A stretch of 64,000 nucleotides of DNA from an uncultured Chloroflexota bacterium (GTDB lineage: Bacteria; Chloroflexota; UBA4733). Numbering within the stretch: the first letter of the stretch is position 1; every line of letters starts with the position of its first letter. Positions 38,301 to 46,945 of the stretch are shown piece by piece. The stretch covers positions 255 to 64,254 of the forward strand of contig CALBSQ010000053.1 of the NCBI GenBank assembly GCA_937967325.1, read 5' to 3'. The position numbers were made by a program, and so were the translations under genes. A model generated the notes under the pieces. The model was not told the DNA's origin, did not search any database, and saw nothing but the letters and a program-made list of their open reading frames with translations.

Positions 38301-40394
38301 GTGCTTCGGTCACTGCGCCGGCGCCACGACGACCCGCGCCTGGCGCTGGCGCTGCTGCTGCCAAGGGTGAGCGCGGGCCTCACGCTCTCGCTGACGCTGC
38401 TCACCGTGCTCGGCGTGCTGGTGGGGATGCTGTTCACGCTGGCTTCCGGCGCCCTCGTCGGCAGCGTCCCGGCGGCGGTCAGCGGCGGTTTCAGCTCGCC
38501 TGCCGGCGAGAGACTGATCGCCGCGCTCGTCGCGGTCGTCGCCCTCTTCGTCCTGCGACAGTCGCTGGACCCGCTAGAGGACTTGCTGACCACGACGCTC
38601 GGTCGCCAGGTGGAAGGGAACCTCCAGTTGCGCGCCATGCGCGCCGCCCTCGGCCCCGCCGGCATCGCCCATCTGGAGGACCCCGCCGTGGTCGACCTGC
38701 TCTCCCGCGCCAGGGGCGTGGCGACGGGCCGCTATACTCCCAGCCAGGCGGTGCGCGGCCTGTTCAACTTGCTGCTCAAGCTCGCCCAGACTGTCGTCTC
38801 CACGGCGCTCATCTGGCGTTACGAGCGCTGGTGGCTGGCGCTGGGGCTTATGGCGGTGCTGGTCGTCACTCGCACCATCGCCCGGCGCAACGTGCTGCAA
38901 GAAGTGGCGGTCGCCACCGGCGCCACCCCGGTGCATCGGCGCACCGAGTACTTCCTGGGGCTCGCCTTGGAGCCTGGAGCGGCCAAGGAGACGCGGGTAT
39001 TCGGGCTGGAGCAGTGGATCGTGGGCCGTTTTCGGGCGCACTGGCTGGAGGCGATGCAGCAGGTCTGGACCGAGCGCGCCCGGTCGGCGCGGACGCTGGC
39101 GCCGTGGGTGATCGCGGTGGTGTTCGCCTGCGTGCTGGCGGCCATCGGGCTGACCGGCCGCGACGCCGCCACTGGCCGCATCGGCCTTGCCGCCCTCACC
39201 ATCGCCGCGCAGTCGATCGTGACGCTCGCCGCCTACCTATTCAGCATCAACCTCCCCGAGCTCTGGCTGGAGCACGGGGCGACCGCGGTGCCGGCGGTGC
39301 TGGAGTTGGAGGGAACCTCACCCCCGGCCCCTGCGCGGCGAGGGCGATTGTTCGTCATTCGCGAGGATGACGCCGACGGAAAGAGCAGGGCGTATAGCAA
39401 TACGCCCCTACCGGTATCGGCGTCCTCTGGTAGGGGCGTATTGCTATACGCCCCGGTCACCGCACCGGCCCAATCTCGTCCAGGCCCAACAGCATCTTTC
39501 GCCGATGAAGGGCGGGGGGTGAGGTCCCCTCCCGCCATCCGCTTCGAGAACGTCAACTTCTGCTACCCGGGCAGCGACTGCAACGTCTTCTCGGGGCTGG
39601 ACCTCATCATCCCGGCGGGGCGTTCGCTAGCGATCGTGGGCGCCAACGGGGCCGGCAAGACGACCCTGATCAAGCTGCTCTGCCGCCTCTACGACACCAC
39701 GGCGGGCCGGATCGTCGCGGACGGGGTGGATCTCCGCGAGGTTGATGCGGCGCGCTGGCGGCAGCATGTCGCCGTGATCTTCCAGGACTTCCTGCGCTAC
39801 AAGCTGACGGCCGCCGAGAACGTTGGCTTCGGCGCTCCAGCGCTGGCCGGGGACCGTGCGGCTCTGGAGAGGGCCGCAAACCGGGCGGGCGCCGATGAGA
39901 TCATCGCGGCGCTGCCGCACGGCTGGGACACCGTGCTGTCGCGGGAGTACGAGCGCGGCGCGGACCTCTCCGGCGGCCAGTGGCAGCGCATCGCCTTGGC
40001 GCGGGCGTTGTTCGCCGTCGAGGCTGGCGCCGGGGTGCTGGTGCTGGACGAGCCGACCGCCAACCTGGACGTGCGCGCGGAGGCTGAGCTGTTCGATCGC
40101 TTCCTGGAGCTGACCGCGGGGCTCACCACCATCCTGATCTCCCACCGCTTCCCTAGCGTCCGCCGTGCCGACGCCATCTGCGTGCTGGAGGACGGCCGCG
40201 TGGCGGAGCGCGGCACGCACGAGGAGCTGCTGGCTGCCGGCGGCCGGTACGCCCGGCTGTTCCGCTTGCAGGCGGCGCGCTTCACGGACACTCCACCGGA
40301 TGCCGTGGAGGAAGAGGCAGACCGTGCTGCCGACGCGAAGCCCGGGGCGGCTCGCGCCAGCGAGGATGGGTCGGGGGAGACGACCGGTGGGTAA
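38301..40394 (+). CDS. ABC exporter, fused permease/ATPase (type I exporter half-transporter)
   Basis: Six-TM N-domain. Walker A GANGAGKTTLIKLL, signature LSGGQWQRIALARAL, Walker B VLVLDEPTANLD. The interdomain linker is unusually long (see the element at 39307-39531). Confidence 0.9.
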   Translation: MLRSLRRRHDDPRLALALLLPRVSAGLTLSLTLLTVLGVLVGMLFTLASGALVGSVPAAVSGGFSSPAGERLIAALVAVVALFVLRQSLDPLEDLLTTTLGRQVEGNLQLRAMRAALGPAGIAHLEDPAVVDLLSRARGVATGRYTPSQAVRGLFNLLLKLAQTVVSTALIWRYERWWLALGLMAVLVVTRTIARRNVLQEVAVATGATPVHRRTEYFLGLALEPGAAKETRVFGLEQWIVGRFRAHWLEAMQQVWTERARSARTLAPWVIAVVFACVLAAIGLTGRDAATGRIGLAALTIAAQSIVTLAAYLFSINLPELWLEHGATAVPAVLELEGTSPPAPARRGRLFVIREDDADGKSRAYSNTPLPVSASSGRGVLLYAPVTAPAQSRPGPTASFADEGRGVRSPPAIRFENVNFCYPGSDCNVFSGLDLIIPAGRSLAIVGANGAGKTTLIKLLCRLYDTTAGRIVADGVDLREVDAARWRQHVAVIFQDFLRYKLTAAENVGFGAPALAGDRAALERAANRAGADEIIAALPHGWDTVLSREYERGADLSGGQWQRIALARALFAVEAGAGVLVLDEPTANLDVRAEAELFDRFLELTAGLTTILISHRFPSVRRADAICVLEDGRVAERGTHEELLAAGGRYARLFRLQAARFTDTPPDAVEEEADRAADAKPGAARASEDGSGETTGG
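39307..39531. mobile_element. 225-bp nested palindromic MITE/RPE-like insertion, in frame within the exporter gene
   Basis: Terminal inverted repeats GGAGGGAACCTCACCCCC (39307-24) and GGGGGTGAGGTCCCCTCC (39514-31) match at 17/18. A perfect 25-bp inner inverted repeat (39387-39411 with 39428-39452) has a 16-nt loop. All repeats are concentric on about 39419. Length is 75 codons. Confidence 0.6.
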
Positions 40395-42174
40395 GCATCT
40401 GCATGCTGTCGCTCTTATCTTGGGCACGGCCTTCCGCGCCGATCCGCGGCGGGCCGTGATTGTCGTCGTGCGGTCACTGGTCAGCTCATTCCTCTTCGCG
40501 ACCATGCCCTTCTGGCTGAAGGTGCTAGCCAACGGCGCGGTCGCCCATAGCACGCGGCAGGCGCTCCTGGCCGCCGGCGCTGCCGCGGCGTCGGTTACCG
40601 TGACGGTCTTCCTGGGCTGGATCGGGACGAACGCCACGCAGCTGCTCCAGGAGCGCACCAACCTCTCGATCGACGAGCAGTTGGCAAGGCTCAGCCTGGA
40701 GGTCCCCGGACTGGAGCACTTCGAGCGGCCCGACTACGCCAACCAGATAGCGCTGCTGCGGGAACAGCGCGGCGCACTGGCGGGGGCGCTCGACGCCATC
40801 ACCACAACGCTGCAAGCGGTGGTGCTGTGGACGACGACCCTGGCGCTGCTGGTGAGCATCCACCCCTTACTGCTGCTCATGCCGGCGTTCGGGCTGGCGA
40901 CGCTTTGGAGCGAAGAGCGCGCGCAGCGGATCCAGCAGCGCACCAGCGAAGTCACCGCCGAGCGCGGCCGGACGCTGCGGTACCTCTTCGACCTCGCCAC
41001 GGATGCCCAGGCGGGCAAGGAGCTCCGCGTCTTCGGACTCAGCGGCGAGATCGTCGGGCGCTACGAACAGTTGTGGCGGGAGATCGACCGCGAGCGCCGT
41101 CGCGCCGGGCTGCAGGCGGTCCTGCTGACGGCGCCCGGCTGGTTGCTCTTCACCATCGGCTACGCCGGAGCGATCGTCGTCGCCGTCTGGCTGGCGGTCT
41201 ACGGCCAGACTTCAGTCGGCGCAGTGCTGATGACACTGACCCTCGCCGCCGAGGTACACCGCTACGTGGGGACGGCGACCTACCTGTTCTCCTGGCTGCT
41301 GGGCGCGCTGGCGGCGGTGGGCCGGCTGCTCTGGTTGATGGACTACGCCGCATCGGCGCGGAAGGTCTCCGGCGATCCTCAGCCCGTGCCGGGGAGGCTC
41401 GATCGGGGCATCCGGCTGGAACACGTGTCCTTCTGCTATCCGGGCGCCGGGACCGAGGTGCTCGGCGACGTCAACCTCGACCTGCCCGCCGGGTCGACCG
41501 TGGCGCTGGTGGGCGAGAACGGCGCCGGCAAGACCACGCTCGTCAAGCTGCTCTGCGGCCTCTACCAGCCCACCTCGGGCCGGATCACGGTGGATGACGT
41601 GGAACTCCATCGGTTCGACGTCGCCACCTGGCGTGCCCAAACCGCGGCCGCCTTCCAAGACTTTGCCCGCTTCGAGCTCCTCGCGCGCGAGACGGTGGGC
41701 GTGGGCGACCTGGCCAGGATCGAAGATCCGGCGGCAGTCGGGATTGCGCTCCGGCGCGCCGGAGCCGAGGAGCTACCGGCGGCGCTGGCCAATGGGCTGG
41801 AGACGCAGCTCGGCAAGGACTGGGAGGGCGGCGTCGAGCTTTCCGGCGGGCAGTGGCAGAAGCTGGCGCTCGGGCGGGCGCTGCTGCGGGAACAGCCGCT
41901 CCTGCTGATTCTGGACGAGCCCACCGCCAGCCTGGACGCGCAGACCGAGCACGCGCTGTTCGAGCGATACGCCGAAGCAACCCATCGAAGCGCCGCCGCC
42001 AGCGGCGCGATCACGATCCTCGTGTCCCACCGCTTCTCCACGATGCGGATGGCCGACTTGATCGTGGTACTGGACCACGGAAGGGTAACGGAGGTCGGTA
42101 GCCACCGCGAGCTGCTGGCGCGCCGCGGGCTGTACGCCGAGCTGTATGAGCTGCAAGCGGGGCAGTACCGGTAG
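40387..42174 (+). CDS. ABC exporter, fused permease/ATPase (partner half-transporter)
   Basis: GTG 40387 overlaps the upstream stop (GTGGGTAA). Walker A GENGAGKTTLVKLL, signature LSGGQWQKLALGRAL, Walker B LLILDEPTASLD. Confidence 0.9.
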   Translation: MGKHLHAVALILGTAFRADPRRAVIVVVRSLVSSFLFATMPFWLKVLANGAVAHSTRQALLAAGAAAASVTVTVFLGWIGTNATQLLQERTNLSIDEQLARLSLEVPGLEHFERPDYANQIALLREQRGALAGALDAITTTLQAVVLWTTTLALLVSIHPLLLLMPAFGLATLWSEERAQRIQQRTSEVTAERGRTLRYLFDLATDAQAGKELRVFGLSGEIVGRYEQLWREIDRERRRAGLQAVLLTAPGWLLFTIGYAGAIVVAVWLAVYGQTSVGAVLMTLTLAAEVHRYVGTATYLFSWLLGALAAVGRLLWLMDYAASARKVSGDPQPVPGRLDRGIRLEHVSFCYPGAGTEVLGDVNLDLPAGSTVALVGENGAGKTTLVKLLCGLYQPTSGRITVDDVELHRFDVATWRAQTAAAFQDFARFELLARETVGVGDLARIEDPAAVGIALRRAGAEELPAALANGLETQLGKDWEGGVELSGGQWQKLALGRALLREQPLLLILDEPTASLDAQTEHALFERYAEATHRSAAASGAITILVSHRFSTMRMADLIVVLDHGRVTEVGSHRELLARRGLYAELYELQAGQYR

Positions 42175-42296
42175 ACTGCCGGCGGGAGCTAGAGCACGAC
42201 CATTATCTGTGCGGCACTCCCAAGCGCCACCACCGAGGCTAGCGATGGCTGCCGATCGGCTGTTTCTCGATACTGCCTCCGACCAGCCTCGAACGC

Positions 42297-44090
42297 TCAC
42301 AGTCGCTCGATGGCGGTGCGCAGGCGGCCCATCTCGCTGTCCAGCGCATTAAACTTGTCTCGCGTTTCTTGCAGCTTGCCGCGCTCGGCTCGGACGAAGC
42401 GCACGTAGGGGGCGATCGTTTGGCGGATGCGCTCGAGTGACCGGGCGAGCGCGGCGACGAACTGCCCCTCCACACCGGCACGGAGCTGACGACGCAGCTC
42501 GTCGCTTTGCTGGTGAAAGCGGCGCTGGGCGGACCGCTTGCGGGCCGGAATGATGAAGAGTCCCAGCCCGGCGATCACGCTGGCGGCCAGGATGCCGGTG
42601 ACGTCCATGGCCGCGGTACCCGCGATCAAGGCGATCGCCGCGCCCAGCGTCACGCCGCTCACTGCGACCAGCGCCGTTTGCGCCACGCCGTCGCGCATGG
42701 AGCCCGCGAGCTGGGCCGCTTGGGACTGCTCGTCGTAGCGATCGACGACGTCGCGGGCGGCCCGGGCAACGGAGCCGATCAGCTCCCGTCGACTGGAGGT
42801 GAACTCCCCACCGATCTGCCCGACGAGTGCTTCGTCGATTCGGGCCTGCCGGCGCCGGTTGAGATAGTCCACTACTTGCTGCCAGAGACGGAGCTCCCGC
42901 TCGGCCATCCAGTCCACCAGCTCCTGCATCTGGGCATCGATGTGCTCGGCCGTATCGGCGACGACCGTGCGCTCGAACTCGGCGCGCACCTTGCTGGAGT
43001 TGAAGAGGTCGAACAGACGCCCGACTCGCAGGGTCTCATCGAAGAAAGCGTCCGCGCGCTTGTCCAGCGCGTATACGGTTGCATCCACCTGGCTAAGCCG
43101 GCTGGCGAAGTCGCGGCGCATATCCCGCTCGTGTTCGGTGAGCTGACCTTCGATCACCTCGTTTGTATGCGTGTCTTCATCGAGCAGGGCCATACGGGCG
43201 TCGGCAGCTTGCTGGTAGCGCTCCAGCAGGCGTGCTGCTACCCCCAACGGATTAGCAAGCTTGAGCTTCAGTCTGCTCCGCTCATCGAGCGCCGCCCGCA
43301 GGTAGCGCTCGACCGCGGTCATACCGCTAGCTTCGCGCGCGACATCTCCTTCGGATTGGTCTGGGAGCTTTGCCGCCGCCAAGGCGTCGCGCGCCGACAC
43401 CGCCAACACATCCGGCTGGAAACCGAGCAGGGCATTGGCGTTGCCCTCGATAAAGCCGAGGACGCGCGGGAGGTCGCTGTCCGCCAGGAGGTCGCGCTTA
43501 TTCAGGATGATGACGGTCTTCTTGCCCCACTCGCGGATCGTCTCCATGAACTGGCGCTCGCTCTCGGAGAAAGGGCGGTCGGCGGAGGTGACAAACAGCA
43601 CCAGGTCGCTGCGTGGCACAAAGCTGCGGGTGATCTGCTCGTGACGCCGGATCACGGCATTGGTGCCGGGGGTGTCGACTATGGCCAGATCCCGCAGGAA
43701 GGCTGCCGGGATGGTTCGCTCGATCAGCGCTTCACCAGAAACGCGCTCGTCCGGTTGGTCGCCATAGCGCAGCACGGATACGGCGTCGGTAGTCGGAGTC
43801 ACCCCTTCCGGTAGGACGGAGCTACCGAGCAGGGCGTTGATGAACGCGGACTTACCCGAGTTGAATTCGCCGACCACCACGAGCAGGAACAGATCTTCCA
43901 GGTCGCGAATAGCCTGGCCGAGTGTCTCGAGATCGTCGGGAGTTGCCGCGAATGCCGCCAGCGCCAGGCGTAGGTTTTCCAGGATTGCGCGCTCGGTCCG
44001 CAGGAGCTGCTCCTGGTCTGCCGCCAGCAGCCCTTCCGGCATTCGATCGTCCTCCACGCGCGGGATACCCCGCCGCTCGCAGCTTAACAC
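42297..44090 (-). CDS. bacterial dynamin-like GTPase with membrane hairpin
   Basis: P-loop VVVGEFNSGKSAFINALLG, DTPGTNA and ILNKRD (G1, G3, G4). Long helical stalk. Hydrophobic paddle VAVSGVTLGAAIALIAGTAAMDVTGILAASVIAGLGLFII. Confidence 0.85.
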   Translation of the reverse strand: MLSCERRGIPRVEDDRMPEGLLAADQEQLLRTERAILENLRLALAAFAATPDDLETLGQAIRDLEDLFLLVVVGEFNSGKSAFINALLGSSVLPEGVTPTTDAVSVLRYGDQPDERVSGEALIERTIPAAFLRDLAIVDTPGTNAVIRRHEQITRSFVPRSDLVLFVTSADRPFSESERQFMETIREWGKKTVIILNKRDLLADSDLPRVLGFIEGNANALLGFQPDVLAVSARDALAAAKLPDQSEGDVAREASGMTAVERYLRAALDERSRLKLKLANPLGVAARLLERYQQAADARMALLDEDTHTNEVIEGQLTEHERDMRRDFASRLSQVDATVYALDKRADAFFDETLRVGRLFDLFNSSKVRAEFERTVVADTAEHIDAQMQELVDWMAERELRLWQQVVDYLNRRRQARIDEALVGQIGGEFTSSRRELIGSVARAARDVVDRYDEQSQAAQLAGSMRDGVAQTALVAVSGVTLGAAIALIAGTAAMDVTGILAASVIAGLGLFIIPARKRSAQRRFHQQSDELRRQLRAGVEGQFVAALARSLERIRQTIAPYVRFVRAERGKLQETRDKFNALDSEMGRLRTAIERL

Positions 44091-44185
44091 GCCGGCTGCG
44101 CGGTGATCGTGGAGGATACGCCGGTAGCACTGCCATCATGGTGCGCACGGCGGCGCCGAGGGGCAACGCGCCCCGTCAACTGGCC

Positions 44186-44866
44186 TCAACGCCCCGGATA
44201 CGATGGGTAGGCGCGCTCCACCAGAGTGACATGCTTCGCGGTAAACAACGAGAAGTCGTTGTCCAGGATGACAATGTAGGGCCCGGCCTCCTGCGCCACA
44301 TAGTGGAAGTCGTAGTGACCGGACACCCGCCGTACGTCGATCGGCAGGGACCCATCCGGCGCCTGGAGTCGGAAGGTCAAGTCATTAGCGCCGCCGCTCA
44401 CCGTGACGGAGCCTTCGAAGACGGTGTCGGGGGCCCAGTGGGCGAACGACAGCGTCTGGCTCTGGTGGGGACCGACCACCAACGATTCCGACTGATAGGA
44501 CGGGAGGACGGGAGTTGACGTCGGTTGTGGTGTCGCCGTCGGCTGGGGCGTGGGCGTTGCCGGCGCCAGCGTCGGTGTCGGCACTGGCGTTGCTGTCGGT
44601 TGCGGCGTGGGCGCTGCCAGCACCAATGCCGGCGGGGGCGAGCCTACGCCAAGGCTGCGGGCAAGCACACCTAAGGTGAGCGTGACGGCCACGAACGCCA
44701 CAATCCCTAGGACCACGATGCGTGCAGTGGAGGAGGCCGGCGCCTCACCTACGCTGCGTGGCCGGGGAGCAAGGCCGTCTCGCGAGGATGAACTCCTCGT
44801 CCCACAGTTGGGACAGTATGGCGTCAGACGTTCCTGATGGTGGCCACAGTTTGGACAATACGCCAT
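44186..44866 (-). CDS. zinc-ribbon / single-TM / Pro-Thr linker / beta-sandwich (GOLD-like) protein
   Basis: MAYCPNCGHHQERLTPYCPNCG, TM segment IVVLGIVAFVAVTLTLGVLA, repeated PTPQPTATP, and a C-terminal domain of about 100 aa. Confidence 0.7.
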   Translation of the reverse strand: MAYCPNCGHHQERLTPYCPNCGTRSSSSRDGLAPRPRSVGEAPASSTARIVVLGIVAFVAVTLTLGVLARSLGVGSPPPALVLAAPTPQPTATPVPTPTLAPATPTPQPTATPQPTSTPVLPSYQSESLVVGPHQSQTLSFAHWAPDTVFEGSVTVSGGANDLTFRLQAPDGSLPIDVRRVSGHYDFHYVAQEAGPYIVILDNDFSLFTAKHVTLVERAYPSYPGR

Positions 44867-44887
44867 GGTTGAGCATAGTAGCGCAAG

Positions 44888-45046
44888 CTACTTGCAGGTG
44901 CAACCCGTGCCGATCGCGCAACCCTGGCAGCAGTAGGTCTGCCCACCCATCGCGAACCCCTGGCCGTTGTTGCCGCGCCACTCCGGCTTGCGCATCCCGC
45001 AGTTTGGGCATTTCTCTTCCTGCTGCGCGTGAGGGACGTTTTCCAT
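44888..45046 (-). CDS. 52-aa Cys-rich protein, bacterial metallothionein (SmtA/BmtA)-like motif; not in the supplied ORF track
   Basis: AAGGAG lies 8 nt upstream of the ATG (45046). MENVPHAQQEEKCPNCGMRKPEWRGNNGQGFAMGGQTYCCQGCAIGTGCTCK has 7 Cys. The GxxYCCxxCAxGxGCxC tail resembles SmtA GLYYCSEACADGH...GCNC. It ends 21 nt upstream of the zinc-ribbon gene. Confidence 0.5.
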   Translation of the reverse strand: MENVPHAQQEEKCPNCGMRKPEWRGNNGQGFAMGGQTYCCQGCAIGTGCTCK

Positions 45047-45290
45047 TGCTGGTGCTCCTTGCTGCCGCGCCGAGCGCCGGCGCCTTCAGCGCACCTCAGG
45101 TAGCAACCTCTGTGCCAGGCGCAACTGGTCGCCTGCCGGCGCGGCGCTCGGACTCGATTGAGGCTGCCCAGGGATGCGCGCGGCAGTCGTGGCCGGGCAG
45201 CTCACCCTTTCGTAGTACGATAGCGTGATGGGGCACGCTTGCCCCCAGCAACTTGGCCTCCCGGCCAGTCGAGCGTGAAAGGATCAGCCA

Positions 45291-46880
45291 ATGACTCGTG
45301 CGCGCTTCTCGGAGCCTCTCGCGCCTTCACCGCAGTCCCTTTCTCGTCGTCGAGTACTGTCTTTGCTCGGCGCCGGCGCGGCGCTGCCCCTACTCGCCGC
45401 CTGCGGAGGGAGCGTAACCGCCACCACCAGCGCCACCGCTTCTAGCTCGGTTGCCACGTCCGCCGCTCCCAGTTCGGCTGTCACATCCTCCGCCGCTCCC
45501 AGCAGTGCTGGCTCAGCCACGAGCCAGGCGGCTACCAGCTCGGCCACGCAGGTGTCCTCCTCTCCGACTTCAGCCGCCAGCGCTGCCGCGACTTCGGCGA
45601 GTACCACGTCGGCCGCACCATCCGCGGCGGCGGCGACGCCGGCGCCGACGGCGGTCGTCATCCGACCGGGCGTGACGCCGGTCCGGCTGTGGGTCCACTG
45701 GGGTGGGCAGACGCAGGCTACCCTCCAGAAGCAAGTGATCGAGCCATACAACAACGGGCAGGGCGCGCAAGACAAGATTCAGTTGGTGGTGGAGCAGAAG
45801 GACGACTCCAAGTGGGTCGAGGAGATGACGGCGGCCAAGCTCGGCGGGGACCCGCCGGACATCTACCATTCCTGGATCAGCAGCAAGGTGCTCTCCAAGA
45901 ACCAATTCACCGACCCGCTGCCCGCGGACGAGGCGCAGTACGTGAAGACGAGCTACTACCCCGGCGCGGTGGAGCGGCTGACCGTCGGGGGCAAGGTCTG
46001 GGGCTACCCGACGGAGTTCCAGCCGCTCGGCTACATCTACCGCAAGTCGTACTACCAGGAGGCCGGCATCAGCGCGCCACCGACGACGGTCGAAGAGGAG
46101 CTCGACATCGCCCAGAAGTTGAATCGGCAGCAAGCTGGATTGAACAGCCGTATCGGCTTCATCATCTATAATAGCCGCCTCCCGCAGAATCTCGCCGCCT
46201 TCATCGCCCGCTTTGGTGGGCAGATGTACACGCTCGACGGCGATCATCCCGTGAAGATCGACGTGGCATCGCCACAAGCTATCGACGCGGTTACCTTCTG
46301 GAAGAAGATGATCGACGCCGGGGTAACAGAGGGGAAGACCTCGACCTCGATGGCCTGGCAGCAGGGGCAGGCCGCGACGGGGGAAATCGAGGTGTGGTTC
46401 CCGCTCCTCAGCATCAAGGCCGCCGGCAAGACCGACGTATTCAATGACCTTGGCGCCACGGCGGTGCCGCCGCACCAGGGTGTGCAGCCCACCTGTTTCT
46501 TCTATGGCTATGGTCTGCTGCCCGCCAACGGCTCGAAGCACCCCGATGAGCGCCTCCAGATGTTGAAGGCGCTGATGCACAAACCGGCCATGCCGTGGTC
46601 GCATTTCATCGTCGAGACGGTCGGCTCGCCGCCGGCGCCCCTGGACTATCCGACCCCGATTCCGGGCTGGACACCAGACTTGACCAAAGGCTATGCGCAA
46701 GAGGCCACCAAGATCGCCCAGGCCAACCCAGAGGAGAAAGTGCTGGGACTGGACGAGATCTCTAAGGCGTACGGCGCCGCCTTGCAGGACATCCTGGCGA
46801 ACAAGATATCGGTGCAGTCCGGTCTTTCTCAGTTGAACGGCCAGCTTAACCAGATCCTGCAGCGCACTGATCCGGCATGA
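45291..46880 (+). CDS. ABC transporter substrate-binding lipoprotein, orphan
   Basis: SRRRVLSLLGAGAALPLLAACGGS, a Ser/Ala/Thr linker and an SBP body. Confidence 0.85.
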   Translation: MTRARFSEPLAPSPQSLSRRRVLSLLGAGAALPLLAACGGSVTATTSATASSSVATSAAPSSAVTSSAAPSSAGSATSQAATSSATQVSSSPTSAASAAATSASTTSAAPSAAAATPAPTAVVIRPGVTPVRLWVHWGGQTQATLQKQVIEPYNNGQGAQDKIQLVVEQKDDSKWVEEMTAAKLGGDPPDIYHSWISSKVLSKNQFTDPLPADEAQYVKTSYYPGAVERLTVGGKVWGYPTEFQPLGYIYRKSYYQEAGISAPPTTVEEELDIAQKLNRQQAGLNSRIGFIIYNSRLPQNLAAFIARFGGQMYTLDGDHPVKIDVASPQAIDAVTFWKKMIDAGVTEGKTSTSMAWQQGQAATGEIEVWFPLLSIKAAGKTDVFNDLGATAVPPHQGVQPTCFFYGYGLLPANGSKHPDERLQMLKALMHKPAMPWSHFIVETVGSPPAPLDYPTPIPGWTPDLTKGYAQEATKIAQANPEEKVLGLDEISKAYGAALQDILANKISVQSGLSQLNGQLNQILQRTDPA

Positions 46881-46945
46881 GCGGGACATCCCTTCAACTT
46901 CGTGTCGGCTGAAGATGGTGGTCTGGCTGCGCGAGCGCTGGTAAC

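Noticed and set aside
40165-40386. The track's start at 40165 for the second exporter, which would give a 230-nt overlap with the first.
   Set aside because: The extension is Arg/Ala-rich with no TM features. GTG 40387, which overlaps the upstream stop, gives a normal N-terminus and the usual coupling.
44520-44640. Direct DNA repeats in the Pro-Thr linker of the zinc-ribbon protein, and the Ser/Ala linkers of the SBPs.
   Set aside because: These are low-complexity coding repeats that encode flexible linkers, not independent repeat elements.
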